DNA from: Chara braunii
Taxonomy: Eukaryota; Plantae; Charophyceae
DNA: 50,676 nucleotides
Assembly: GCA_003427395.1 (NCBI GenBank)
Contig: BFEA01000016.1
Span: 4,048,513 to 4,099,188 of the forward strand
Reading direction: 5' to 3'
Shown: positions 12,151 to 25,897 of the stretch, one piece after another
Layout: each line of letters opens with the position of its first letter
How positions within the stretch are numbered: position 1 is the stretch's first letter
Position numbers and translations under genes: made by a program
Notes under the pieces: model-generated
The model's input: the letters and a program-made list of their open reading frames with translations, nothing else
Told to the model about the DNA's origin: nothing
Database searches by the model: none

Positions 12151-12380
12151 GAATTTTCAGCTACCCGATAACCGCTTGTGGACCTCAGATAACTACTACA
12201 GAACAAAATTCTCCATCGTGTTTCCGACAGCCTGCCAACATTGATTGTCCTGTTTCCATGGGATTGGATATGCAGGGGTTTGCAAAGCCCTTCATACCTC
12301 CGATGCTTCCACGTGCTGGTTATTTGCCCACTGCTTCCTTGCTTAGGCTTGTCGGACCTTAGTCTTGCGTGAAGCTATTC

Positions 12381-14203
12381 TCATTTTGCACCATACCATT
12401 GCATGTCGACCATCGCCAGTTGGTGGGGCGGAAATGGGTCGGGGAAATCTGTAGGTGGTTGCAGTAGAATCTCCTGTCCCACCATAGTCCAGTCTCTGAA
12501 GTTGATGGAGTAATCCATTCTGAACTCCTCCTGGTCGCATTCCTTGGCAGGCTTGCCATTCCATCGGACGAGTGCGATCCAGACCCCGTTCTCATTGCCC
12601 AACCAGTCCCTGGAAAACTGTTGAATTGCTTGTGTTATGTCCTTCGATGTATGAAATAACTTAAGTTGGTTTTTTACTTTTTGCCACTGTACTCTGAATT
12701 CTTGTTGGATATATTGTTTTATCATGTCTGTTACCTCTTCCCCGGCTATGCGGACCCCCTCTATTGCATGGATACAACGTTTTTTCCAAAGGGCCCACAT
12801 GACTGCTCTCCTTCCTAACTTGAATATATTGTTTTTGAAGACATTGTCAGTGGGGAAGGACCATGTTTCACATAGTATGGCTCTCCTGTCCCATGGCCAG
12901 TTGGAGCCGGTAGCCAACTTTGACCAGATTTTGTCCCACCATCGCAACGTAAGCACAACCCCCGGACACTGCATAAATATATGCTCTATAGTTTCCGGGA
13001 TTCTGCGGGAAGGGAAGGCGGTGCGGCACGATCTGCACCATGGTAGCGCCCGTCCCTTCTGCTCTAGATATGCACGATCTATCAACTAGTCATTTGTGGG
13101 CAGGCAGCGATGTTCTATCTGCCATTGTAGCGAGGCCATCTTCGCTGGCCTGGACCTTGTGGCAGTAAACCATCGAATGGGGCGGATTGCCTCTGTTCCT
13201 ACATTCAGGTGCGATTTCCATCGGGCCTTCACTGTTTCTTTTATGTTCACTTTTGGTTGCAGCAGGCGATAGGTAGCCTTCACCGTTAAGGTATGTAATT
13301 TTAAGCTCTCCTCCGCCTTGCGTTCTCGCGGGCGGGGCCACTGCCATTCCTCGGGATCAAAGGGGAGTTCCGTCACAAGGATGTCTGGCTGGTATGGAAT
13401 CCACGGATCTTTGTTCCACAGCACCCGGATTCTGAGCAGGTCTGAGTTTCTGCACCATTTAACCACATCCGGAGTGTAGCGGGTGAGCACATTGTCCTTG
13501 CCAATATGGAAGAGACTGGTCAAGGTTTCGTCCGCCCGTACCTCTATCACGTTGCCTACACTCTCCGGGTCGTCCGGGGCTGTTACCCAGTCCCCTTCTA
13601 TCAACTGCAGCCCTTTGCGCAGGATACGGACCCGGTCTAGGGGGATAGCAAAGATCAAGGTTTCGATGTGCTCTTCAATGTTGTGGCAGTACTTTAGTGT
13701 AGTCCTTAGTTGCTGCGCAAATTTCCAGTCCCCCACTCGTGTATCCCATATATCTTTTATTCTGGTTATACCTTTTTTTACCCAGCTATTCCACGAGGTA
13801 CTTGAGCTGCAATACACTCTGCTGTACCGATCTGTTATTCTTCTATTACCGAAAAGGGGTTGTCGCACCACCTCTTCCCACCTGGTTGGTTGGGGATTGT
13901 CGGGTAACGGCAGCTAGCGCCAGGCTTTCACAACCCGGACCCAGAAGTCATCCCTGACGAAATCCGTGCGGGCTGTGTCTCGGCACGGAGTTTGCCCGTT
14001 TCGACGGGATCGTGGCACTGTCCAACAAAGGTCTTTCAGCCAGGTTAGTGGGTTAACTCCCTGCGGTGCCTGTGGGGCAAGTCTAGTAATTTGTTCCAAC
14101 GCAAGGGCCCCCCATGGGAGATTTTGGGTGAAGAGTAATCTCTTGATCCATTAAGTTGTTAAGGCTTTGATCTGGGTTTCTGGGTCCAGGATCCTTAGGC
14201 CCC
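12381..14203 (-). pseudogene. LINE-B ORF2 C-terminal half with zf-RVT-type CCHC
   Basis: ORFs 13914-14099, 13086-13871 and 12381-13085 separated by single stops. Confidence 0.92.
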
Positions 14204-14211
14204 CTGGATCT

Positions 14212-14775
14212 ATCCATCTCCAAAATGCAAACCATGGATGACATCCAACATGCACGCATTCTTGATGGATGACATCCAACATGCACGAATTCTTGGAAGA
14301 AGTGCGTTCACACAACTTCTTGGATCAAAGCAGTTGGGATGACTAAATTTTTGCGTAAAGTGGGGCAGGAGCAAAACTTGAGGGGAAGGGCACAAAAGCA
14401 CAAACAATGAACACAGATACATACGAGGGGTCCAGCCACGCAGAGAGTAAGGTCAACGAGTCCCCCACTCAGCGCCAGCTAAATTGGCAAGTGACCCTGC
14501 CAATGGTCAAACGAACCATTCCAACCACCCCGCGGTCAGGGAATCAATAACCATATGCCAGAATCAAGACTCTATGAAGCAATCCCATTCTTCGCCCCCC
14601 TCAGATGAACGTTCTCTTACCCCCCCGTCACCCTTCACTGTCCTTCCTCACTCAGGGAGAGACGGTTAACGGAGACCCAAAAATTTTCACGATTTTTTCA
14701 GGGTCGTTATAGCGAACATCCCACACCTCTTAAGCCACACTTGCAAGCAGTCCATAGAATGGACACCAAATAAAC

Positions 14776-14858
<83 letters not shown>
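14212..14858 (+). other. Polyadenylated retroposed 3' end: AATAAA followed by A76
   Basis: AATAAA at 14769-14774; poly(A) at 14783-14858; joins 11497 once LINE-B is removed. Confidence 0.6.
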
Positions 14859-14860
<2 letters not shown>

Positions 14861-15099
14861 TCTTCAATGCATTTTTCAGGGTAGAGGGGGTTAACTTGGG
14901 GGCCAAAGTGGGGGTCCCTTTTAACCGATAGTAATACCCAAATAGGCAACAAAGGTTAACAGGGTGGACTGAGATATCTAATCCCTCAACGTCCCTCTTG
15001 ACTCCGGAACATACCCAAATAGGCAACAAAGATCAAGAGGGTGGACTGAGATATCTAATCCCTCCGAGGACGCCTTGGGCACCCGACCCTGCCCCTGCT

Positions 15100-18000
15100 C
15101 CATGCAAGCAGAGGCCATAGCTGGCCATGGGCGGAGGGGTGTGGGTAGCCGGGTCTAAATACGATAGCCGTGGAAGCGACAAGGTGAGGAAGAGGCAACA
15201 ACAGCGACAAGGTGGGAGACGAAGGAGCATGAGGACGTGGTAACACAAGGAGGCAAGGCGTGAATGGGAGAAGCGACGTGGTGGCGAGAGAGAGAGAGAC
15301 GGTTATAGCAGTAACAAGAAAGAAGTAGAGAGGAAGGAGCAGTGTGGGGGATCCACAACGTGGGACCGGCGGCGGCGTTAGAGGGAGCAACGCGAAGACT
15401 CCGGGCACTCGGCAACTCCTTTGGGGCCTCGGGTGGTTATAATCCCCCAGTGAAGGAAGCGGAGGCGTCTCGGAGGTTTGAGCGTCCCAGTCCCCTCCCC
15501 CTTGCTTTTCTCCCTACTCCCCTCCCTCCGTTCTTCTTCATCCTCCCCCCTTGTTTTCCTCCCTACTCCCCTCCCGCCTTTCTTCTCCGTCTTCCATCCT
15601 CCCCTGAGCCGCCCCAACCCTCTTTTGACTGACCCTCTCCATTCTGAATTCTGATCTGATCGCTCTTCGACTGACACCCTCTATATATACTTATCCCGAC
15701 TCGATCCTGCCCCGTCTCCCCCCGTTTCTTCCTGATTCCCCCCCCATCCCGATTCTGCTCCCCGATTCTAACTCGATCCCCCCTCATCTCGCTCTCCCCA
15801 ATTCTGAGCCTCTCCCCCCCCCCCCGTGCGACCCCCCCGGACCAGTCCCCCCCCTTTTTGACTATCCTGATCCCGATCTCGTTCACCCCAGATCCCGACT
15901 CTCCTGTCTCAACTCTTCATCTGGACACGCCCCGCCCCCAGTCACCTCCGTCCCCCCCACCAGTTCTTCCCCCCTCTGACCTCCCTGATCTCGTTCCCGC
16001 TCCCCCCGATCCTCATCCTACGACCTCCGCCGTCCCTCGTACAACCTGATCCCGTCCCGAATCCCTCCCTGTCTCCGATCGTGCTACCCCCGATCCCGAC
16101 TCGCCCTCCCCCATCCCACTTCCCCCCAATCCCGATCCACCCGATCAAGCTACCCCTAATCTTNNNNNNNNNNNNNNNNNNNNNNNNNNNNNNNNNNNNN
16201 NNNNNNNNNNNNNNNNNNNNNNNNNNNNNNNNNNNNNNNNNNNNNNNNNNNNNNNNNNNNNNNNNNNNNNNNNNNNNNNNNNNNNNNNNNNNNNNNNNNN
16301 NNNNNNNNNNNNNNNNNNNNNNNNNNNNNNNNNNNNNNNNNNNNNNNNNNNNNNNNNNNNNNNNNNNNNNNNNNNNNNNNNNNNNNNNNNNNNNNNNNNN
16401 NNNNNNNNNNNNNNNNNNNNNNNNNNNNNNNNNNNNNNNNNNNNNNNNNNNNNNNNNNNNNNNNNNNNNNNNNNNNNNNNNNNNNNNNNNNNNNNNNNNN
16501 NNNNNNNNNNNNNNNNNNNNNNNNNNNNNNNNNNNNNNNNNNNNNNNNNNNNNNNNNNNNNNNNNNNNNNNNNNNNNNNNNNNNNNNNNNNNNNNNNNNN
16601 NNNNNNNNNNNNNNNNNNNNNNNNNNNNNNNNNNNNNNNNNNNNNNNNNNNNNNNNNNNNNNNNNNNNNNNNNNNNNNNNNNNNNNNNNNNNNNNNNNNN
16701 NNNNNNNNNNNNNNNNNNNNNNNNNNNNNNNNNNNNNNNNNNNNNNNNNNNNNNNNNNNNNNNNNNNNNNNNNNNNNNNNNNNNNNNNNNNNNNNNNNNN
16801 NNNNNNNNNNNNNNNNNNNNNNNNNNNNNNNNNNNNNNNNNNNNNNNNNNNNNNNNNNNNNNNNNNNNNNNNNNNNNNNNNNNNNNNNNNNNNNNNNNNN
16901 NNNNNNNNNNNNNNNNNNNNNNNNNNNNNNNNNNNNNNNNNNNNNNNNNNNNNNNNNNNNNNNNNNNNNNNNNNNNNNNNNNNNNNNNNNNNNNNNNNNN
17001 NNNNNNNNNNNNNNNNNNNNNNNNNNNNNNNNNNNNNNNNNNNNNNNNNNNNNNNNNNNNNNNNNTCCCCCCCCCTTCCCCCGTGCAAACCAATCCCACT
17101 TTCTCTGATTCCATTCCTCCTGTCCCCCCCTGTCTGTTCTCCCCTCCCACCTTCCTGTTCCTGATCCCGTTCTCCTCAGATCCCGATCCTCCCATCCTTC
17201 TCCCCTCGACCCCGCCTCCCCTGATCCTGATCTCCGACCCCCCCTAATTTCGACCCTCCCGTCCCTGTTATCCCCCCGGGCACCGTCAGATCCCGACTCC
17301 CCTGGCCCTACCCTGGCCATTCCACTCATCCCCTCCTCCCCGCCATCAGAGGAACATGAACTCAGGATATCAGGGACTCTAGGAATACAGACGAGTACAC
17401 GCACTCTTACACTACAGATAATAGGAAGTCTGGTGCATGCGTGATGGTTTCAATTCCACTTGTAGAATATCGAAAGCTTACATTACAAATATCGAAAGTT
17501 TGGCGCATGCGTGTGGTGGTAAAATTGTCGGTTTCAATCCCACTTGTAGGATATTGAAAGTATCTAACCTGCCTCCATCGCTGAGCACAAAATTGCCACA
17601 CTTTTTCACATATAGGAGTATAGTGAGCTTAAAAAGCGAGGCGAGGAAAGGAAAAGGGCAGCCGTGGTACTATCTGGTATCACGGTGCGATGGGCCACCA
17701 CTCGTTTGATTGGCGGCCCCGGCAAGAGAAGGGGAGGATGGAGGAGGGGGTCATGGCAAAAGCCTCCTCCTCCCAACCCCTTCACACGAGTCACTCAAAC
17801 GACTCACAACCTCCGTCCCAACCCTCCCCCTCTCCGACATAGTTGTTAAGAGAAATGAAGGACTTACAGAAAAAGAAAGAAGCCCAGAGTAGCAGGTCTC
17901 AGGGGTCTACTTGGGCCGATAAGCTCAAGGAAGAATGTATACAAGCCAAACTCTGTCAGTGAAAAGGGATGGTGAGGGGGGAGGAAATCTAGAGATCCCA

Positions 18001-20630
18001 CTGGACAACCTGACCACAGCATCAGCCTTCTTTATGACAAAATTCTTAGCTAATGCGGAAGACAAAATAATCAGTCAAGGGGGAAAAAAGCACAGGGTCA
18101 AAGCCCTTCCGGGTGATGTGATCAAGGAAAGGGATGCGATATACACTCGCCATGCTAGTGCATGGGTGTTTTATGACGCCGCCGCCTATACGACTACCAA
18201 CGATAAGGTAGGATGGATCAGGAAAAAACTCACAACCCTCAAAGGATTTGAAGAGGGCGCACGTGATTTCTTCCTAATCCAGCCTATCTCATCAGCGGTA
18301 GTTACGGTAATCTGCATGTTTGATTCAGACAAGAGGATTATGGACACATGGCGGAGCATACCCTGTGGGTGCTCAGAGGTCCGGATTTCCCCCTGGTCTC
18401 CTCCAAAACAACAACGACCAGAGGAAAAAAGAGACCAGTTAATGTCAGACCATTACTTGGTCGAGTTTCGGCATGTGCCCATTGAAATCCAAGGCGCCTT
18501 CGTGCAAGAATTAGCTCAAAAATATGAGATTGTTGACTTCATCGTCCCCTTTCCCCCCCATGTGGCCCCGCGAGACGATTATCTCATGGTGGCCCTTGAT
18601 CTACCGAAAGGTCACATCTTTACCAGTGATGATGTGATCCTCTTCCGAGTAGGAGGGAGGGACTTCCGTATCCACATAGCCCACAAAACGAGACCCTGGT
18701 GCTTCAAGTGGCAGGCATATGTCCACCTCCTGTCTGAATCTGACTGCCCCCACCACCCGGCAAAAAGAATCAAATCCACAGGTCGCCTGCTACGCGATCC
18801 TTTTAAAGACAACTGGTGGAGAACGGTCGATGCAGGCCACAAAGGATGGGTGTACGTGGATGAGCCACGAGAAGGAGGAGGAGTGAGGGGATGGGAATGG
18901 AAAAAAGGGGAAGTCGTAGATTGGAGCACTAAACCTCCAGATCAATAGACCCCCCCAAACCCGTGGAGGCACACATGGACCGAACCATCGATCCCCCCTC
19001 CAAGGTAACAGGGACTCAGGTCCACCAACCCGTGGAGGCACACATGGATCAAACCGTCGATCCCCTCTCCAAGGAAACAGGGACTCGGGTCCATAGACAA
19101 GAGATCAGGTCTGAAGCAGTGGGGAATGGGCCAGGAACTGAACCCAGACCTCAAAACTTCATCTCCCCATCAGATCTGGGGGAACTATGGCAAACCTCGA
19201 CCCCAAAAAAAAGGGCCCACCTCGGCAAGCATGAAACAATCCAGAGCCAAAGCAAAAAAGGCAGCACCAAAAAATCAGAGAACAGATTTCAGGCTATAGC
19301 AGGCGAGCAGCAGCTCAAGGAAATGGAGCAGAATGAGCCTACCGAGGGGAAGGGGGAAAGCATATCACAAGAAAGAGCAAAAATCCCCACAGAGGGTAAC
19401 TACGAATAAAAGGCAAAGGGGGGAGGGGGAGAGGAAAAAGGGAAGGAAAAGGAAGAGACCATGAAGCAACACGCTCTAGGGGAGGCGGCTGCAGTGGACC
19501 CCCCCGAGAAATCCGGACCACGCAAGAAAGCCCCCCTAATATAGGGGAAACAGCCTCCACCAAGGACCCATTCTTTCAGGCGTTCGGACACCAACCCATG
19601 GATTGGGAATCACCCGGGGGTCTCCCTGAGGAGGAAATGAGGGATAGCACACTGGAGGCTTGGGGATCACAGGGGGAGGAGGACGTCGAGACTAAGTTGA
19701 GGGGCTTGGCGGACTGGCTAATCAGCTAGCTCCAGACATTGTACACAGGCCAACCAAAACCATACTGGGACGAAGCCTATGTACAACTGTTTTCCCTACT
19801 GGACGAGATCCCTTCTCTAAAACATGCCCTGGGGAAAGGCCTATCTCCGGACACGGACTGGTAACAAGTGTTGGACAGAGTCTGGAACATTATACACCAA
19901 AAATTCCAGCCTCCGGTAACGGCAAAGACACCAGATCCATCCGAGGAATCAACAAAGACAGATCAAACTGACAGGCCACCAACTAATCCGGACCACAAAG
20001 ACCACCCCCTTCCCCTCTTCCTGGAGAACACACAACAGACCATGTGCACGGAACAAACTGCACATGGGGAAGATGAGGCTGTCAAGAAAATGGAGGAAAC
20101 AGGGTTCTCCAAACGATCCAAAATATGACATCTCATCGAGAAGGGGCTATACCACAAAAAACTCCCAGTCGGGGACAGAGTGTTGATACTCCCAATCAGA
20201 AGGAAGAATGGTAAATGGGAACTTGGCCTATCACCCGTTGACGCAGGGTACTCATATGCCCCGTCCTACGGGGGGATGACATTGCTCGGATGACACATGA
20301 AAAGGGAGGGGACACTAGGGGTCCATGAGGTCACAAAATTTATCTCAAACCATTATGAACCAGGCGCAATGGCCACCATTAGCGTGTCATCAGAAAACCT
20401 GAAGATGGCATACAAAGATATTTACGTGCGATTCGAGGACAACAAGGAAGCAGGGCTACAATGACTCTTGCACATCTCACTTCTAGACACCCAACAACTG
20501 AAATTTAAACCTAGTAATATTTGGTCGACAGATGACCTGCTCACCTGCGTCTACACCATACTGAGGAAGAACATTCTCAACAAAGGAGTTGATTGAGAAG
20601 CACAAGAATGGTCACCATTCCAATTCAGAT
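15100..20630 (+). pseudogene. LINE-C ORF1: proline-rich N-terminus, conserved central domain with zinc knuckle, C-terminal domain
   Basis: ORF 17935-18948 homologous to LINE-A ORF1 (WCFKWQAYVHLLSESDCPH); many stops; gap at 16164-17065; start approximate. Confidence 0.8.
18955..19095 (+). repeat. ~70 bp tandem duplication in the ORF1 linker
   Basis: aacccgtggaggcacacatgga...ctccaagg.aacagggactc.ggtcca present twice. Confidence 0.9.
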
Positions 20631-20662
20631 AGTGGTAGGGGTAAGGGGACACATGAGTTATA

Positions 20663-23600
20663 ATGGACTGGGTAGAAGTGGTGTATGGTAAGAACAAGAA
20701 GTGGAAACTCACTCTCCAACAAGCAAACTTGGACATTCGGTCAATTAATGTTAACGGTCTAGCTTCCCGCAACCCGGAAAAGAATGATGCATTATGGGAC
20801 CTTATGAGGGGGGTGGGAGGAAGAACATGACCAGACGTAATATGCGTCCAAGAAACACACCTGATGGACATATCGGAACACCACAGGGCACTCAAGCAAG
20901 TTTGGCCTTTTCAAGGATATCAAGCTTTCGCCCCTAGCCCGGGGAGTGCCGGGGTAGCCATATGGATCCCGCCCGAATCACGCTTAGAAGTTCTCAGCTG
21001 GGAGCAGGATAAGGTGGACGGACGATGGGTCAAAGTGCTGGGTATGCTGGAGTTAGAAGTAGTATGCATTGTATCTATCTACGTGCCCAACACCCCCTGT
21101 GAAAGAAGGACCTTCTTTGAGAAAATTGAAAAGATCCCTACCCCAGACATTCTGGTCATCCTAGCAGGTGATTTCAACGCCGCGCCGGACAGATGGCTGG
21201 ACCGGTGGAGAACCTTCCCTACCACTATACACAACATGGAGAAGGACGAAAGGATGCTGGGGGACTTGTGTGCTCCCCTCTCGCTCTTCGATACCTTCAG
21301 GCGTAGCCACCCGACTGAGAAAGCCTTTACATGCTTACGCAACAATAACCCCAACAGACTGTCCAAATTTAGAATCGATCTAATCCTGGCATCGGAAGAT
21401 CTGAGCCGGGGGCTTACCCTGGCGGCAATAATGCCACCTAGCCCGCACCCGGGTCTGGACCACAGGATGTGTATGGCCGCCTGGACCCTTCGAAAGCGTC
21501 CGGATCAGGGGGCCAATTATTATAAGCTTAACACCTCCTTGCTTCAGTCAAAATCCTTCCAGAAGTACCTACAGCAGGTTTGAAATTTTTGAAAGGATCA
21601 TCGCTCCCAACAAGACTCTCAAATAGCATGGCTCAATAACGGTATGTTCTTTTTGGCGAAAAATGTAACGAATATTCTAAACAGATAGCAGCACAGCGTC
21701 ACCAGCAAGAAATCACAATCATGCAAAAACTTATGGAGGCCGAGCAAATACAAATTTCGCAAGGACAGGAATCGACTACTGCCGAATTACAAATTTAAAT
21801 ACTAGACTTGAAAACTCAACTCTTGAAATATGCACAGTACCGATGGCAGGGAACCTAGACAAGGGCAAGACTATCCAGACTGTCAACCGAAGGAGGGATG
21901 AACTCTCACTTCTTCAGCTTAGCAAGGCCACACTTCAAAAGGACAACGATTGAAGCAATCTATAAATCACAAACCAGGGATTCAGACCCAGCCGTGTCCA
22001 CGGTTCGTTGCACCAAGATAACATACGACTTCTACAAAGACCTTTTGCCTCGCACATAGACAAAACCGATGCACGGTACCATGATCGTCAATTAAGCGAA
22101 TTCTTGGAATCCGTAAACAAATCACTGCCACCTGACCAGCATGATTCCTTAGAGGCTTCAATTTCCAGGCAGGAAATCTGGACTGCCCTCCTGCAAGAAG
22201 GAGGAGAAGGCACCGGGGATTGATGGCCTCCCTAATGAATTTTGGGGAACCACATGGGAGTTTCTGAGTCAGGACATCATGAATTTCTATGGGGAAGTGT
22301 GGCGCACGGGCGAGATGGGTGAAAGGGTGGGGCAAGGAGTACTGACCCTCCTGTATAAGAAAGGGGATAAAATGGATATAAGAAACTACCGCCCCATCAC
22401 ACTTCTCACAGCTATATATAAAATGTTAGCCAAAGCCTTAGCCAACAGAATGATCCCGGTAATGGAGAACATCATTCACCCCTCTCAAACCAGCTTTGTG
22501 ACAAACAAGAATATACAAGAGAACATTCTGCTAATCCACGAGGTGCTCCGGTTCACGAAACACTCCCATCAGAACGAGGCGCTGGTCTTTACTTATTTCA
22601 AAAAGGCCTACGATCACGTAGACTGAATATTCTTGGATAAATCTTTGGAAAAAATAAATTTTGGGCCGGATTTCAGACGTTGGGTTTATATTCTGCACCA
22701 GAATGCAACTACCTGCATCCAGGTCAATGGATGCTTGTCACCACCCTTGCGCCTGGAATGCTTGGTCCATCAAGGAGACCCAATCGCTCCCTTTCTTTTT
22801 CTGGTCATCATGGAAGCACTTGCCGCCAACCTTCGAGCAAACAAAAATATTACCAGAATCCGAATCACACATATCCTTGAGGAGGCAATTCCAATATGAT
22901 CCCTCTTCGCGGACGATCTCACAATCTTGGCAGAAGCCACACACAACAATATGAAGGAGATTCAACAAATGATGGAAAAGTTTGCCAAAGTCTCCAACAT
23001 GACAGTCAACTGGGGGAACAAAACTCAAGGATGGTGGATTCACTATCAAGGGGGACGCCCCCCCGAGACACCATGCATCAAATGAATGCCATTAGAAGCT
23101 CCAGTTAGAATTCTAGGGGTTTCCATGACCGTTGAGGGACGCCCACCAAGTAATGACGAATGGATTAGAACCCCAGCACAACAAAAAATTGTCAATTGGA
23201 ACAAAAAACACTCATCTCTCTTTGGTTGTGCCTTAGTAATCAACAACGTGGTCTTTGCATTCTTATGGTACAAATCGATAATGAGGCCGCTAAGTAAAAC
23301 AGCCTGAGAGACCTAAAAGGAAAGGCAGCAACCTTCCTATGGAGGGGGGACGACGAACAGAACAATCTTATCAGCCGTATGGCATGAGATTCGATCATCT
23401 AACCTAAGGTAGGAGGGGGGTTGGGAATAATTGGCCCAGCCACGCAAGTACAGGCACTACGGCTGAAATGGATAAAAAAACTCATTTTTACCCCTCTAAG
23501 CCCGTGGTGCGAATTGGCTCTGGAACACCTGGCCCGACTGGCCCCGGGTTATCCGCTGACATGGCTGGAAGACCGGTTCTGGACAATCCCACGCAAGCTC

Positions 23601-25164
23601 TCCCGAGGAAGGGAAGGGCTGGATGGAGGCGATCAGGTCTGGAATAACTTATGGTCATCCCTGTTGGAAACCTGGCGCAGACTTCCGCTCCCTGATAAAA
23701 TATACCCCGGCCGCTGGGAGGAAGTCTATAGGCAACCTCTATTTGGAAACCAATGGGTGACGAACTCGAATGGATGTGCCATGATTAGCTCATCCTCGCC
23801 CTGGAAAAACTAGGTTAAGAGAGGGGTGCTTAGAGTTGGGGATCTTTGGACAAAGACAGAAGGGACTGGAAAACAGGGGATCGGATGCGAGGAATCTTAC
23901 GTTACTGCCACCACGTGGAGGAACACTTGAACAACCTGATTGAAGTTATCCCGTTGGCCTGGTACCAAACCCTTAAACGAGGCCCCATCTTAAAAGAAGG
24001 TGATTGGGTAGAAAGTACAGAGTCTTCACATAGGATAGGTCTGATACACATGGTTTCCCCCCATTCTGTCATGGTTGAACACTACACAATCACTAGAGCA
24101 GACACCCTCCAAGGTAGCATAGCCCCCTTCGAATGGAAGGAGAGAACTTTTATGTACCGGGTGAGAATCCTAGAAGAGAAAGGACAGAAGGTGGTGTTCC
24201 AGCCTCTCAAACCAATCCAGGATCTGGCCCTGGATCCGACAGATTGGACGTGGGATCCCTCCTAGAGGAGGGGAGGCCTCACAACAAAACGTATCAACAT
24301 CCATCAGTTGTCGGCCAGATCAACCTACAAAATGTTCCGACCTAAAAGAAGGTTGAGAGACATAATAAACGACCGATGGGTCAGGCACCTGAATGCGGAT
24401 CACTCTCTTCTGTCGCCAATCAAATGGTTCCAAGAACAAAAAACAAAACCTATGAAAATCACATCCCTGCAATGGCAGATTGCCTACCGTTGTCTACCAA
24501 CTAATGACTGGCTAACGGATCACACTAACTTAGAACAAAAAGACTTGTTGCTTCCATGGTGCCAATGGTCCCAGAGCCTTTTTCCATTCTACAGGAAGGC
24601 GGAAACCATTGAACATATCTTTATGCAATGCCCGATAGCCCAATTCATATGGAGATGGTGGGATCGCATCTGGAGAAAGATGGAATCTGGAACCCCTTGA
24701 CCCTGGTCTTGGCAGGCCATTGGCCGCAGGCAGAAGCAGCTACAACCTTCGTAAAAAACATGTACAAACTTGGAAGAAGATGCACTTTGGCCATGGAAAA
24801 GGTGAGAGTAGAAGAATCAGAAATCACTGAACAAATTCAGCAGCAGGTACACTTCGAACTCACACAGAGATGGCTAGACAAAAAAGCACAGTTAGACCTC
24901 CTTAAACAGGTAGGAGATGTTAGGAGACGGATCACAACCTTTTGCACAGACTTGGTGGGAGGGGAGAGAGAAGGATGGATTGCGAAAGTAGAATGGAGCG
25001 GAGACAAGGGAAAGGGACAGTGGGATTTTGAAGAGAGGAGAGACTACCGCCTATGTTTTAAAGACTGGACAAACATTGAACCCTCATTCCCACTCCGCCA
25101 CCCCTCGGACTTCCCCGACCCCTTCCCACCCCATGCCCTCTCCCTGGCAGAAATCCTGTCCTGA
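20663..25164 (+). pseudogene. LINE-C ORF2 (APE endonuclease, RT, zf-RVT-type CCHC)
   Basis: SINVNGL, CVQETHL, SIYVPN, AGDFN, RIDLIL, LDHR, LLYKKGD, NYRPITLL, KAYDHV, QGDPIAP, LFADDLT, ETIEHIFMQC, DFPDPFP. Confidence 0.95.
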
Positions 25165-25351
25165 CTAAGGAATTCTGTTAGCCCATCTTCTGCTAACTCA
25201 TACTCAGATAAGAAATGACCCTCCGGAGCCCCCCGGGGAGGTTATTCCTTCTTCTACTGACATACCCAAATTTTTTTCGTTTTTCGTCTTTCCACGCAGC
25301 TTGAACATTCTGGGTCAGTGAGTAAGGGGGCCTAGTTAGGGGTGGGAGGAA

Positions 25352-25897
25352 TCAGTGTGCAGTTGCAGGAATCAAATGGGACTTGGCACGGATTGCCAAG
25401 TAGGCCCGCACGGCCTTTGTAATTTTAGAGGGGGGCACAATTTTTGTTTTTTTTCTGATCCCGTTTTTTTGCCTTCCCATTTTTGTGGTTGAAGGTGTTC
25501 GGTTTTCCGGATGTTTTTTTCTATCTTCGTCTCCACGTTGGACTAGGTGCATCGGTAGGCAGATCTTAGCTCCTCTGACCATAGGGCCTGAGATCCTGAC
25601 GGGTCCCACACGCGGGGGGGGTTTCAGGATCTGAACTGGGACCTCGAAGCTTGTCATTTTTCGATACCTACATATCTGATTGATTTCCGGTCCATATTCG
25701 GAATCAGAAAAATGTTTGACCCAATTGCTGCGGGTGTCGATGGTTCCGTGACAGTTTCCGGGTACCATATGGCCCAGGCAGAAGGCAGGTTCTCTGCTAT
25801 ATACTTCGGACGAAACATTCCATCGGCCTCTCACTTTGAACGTGCATACATACCGTACGAAACGGTTGTTGGGTGAATCTGCGTCGGCGCAGGCCAC
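25352..25897 (-). CDS. Hypothetical 181-aa antisense ORF in the LINE-C 3' region
   Basis: Uninterrupted ORF with non-ATG start and basic C-terminus; no recognised family. Confidence 0.25.
   Translation of the reverse strand: MACADADSPNNRFVRYVCTFKVRGRWNVSSEVYSREPAFCLGHMVPGNCHGTIDTRSNWVKHFSDSEYGPEINQICRYRKMTSFEVPVQILKPPPRVGPVRISGPMVRGAKICLPMHLVQRGDEDRKKHPENRTPSTTKMGRQKNGIRKKTKIVPPSKITKAVRAYLAIRAKSHLIPATAH

Larger units (their letters stand above)
11498..14203 (-). mobile_element. LINE-B: 5'-truncated L1/Tx1-type LINE with poly(A) tail
   Basis: Poly(T) on + at 11497-11518; TSD CTGGATCT (11490-11497, 14204-14211); ORF2 3' half GGLRILDP...RQPLFGN...HRCLPTND...WCRSC..ETIEHIFMQC...DFPDPFP. Confidence 0.9.

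Noticed and set aside
14707-15029. Poly-Phe ORFs
   Set aside because: Antisense translation of the poly(A) tail
15942-17404. Long ORFs of 310-419 aa
   Set aside because: Artefacts of translating through the N-gap
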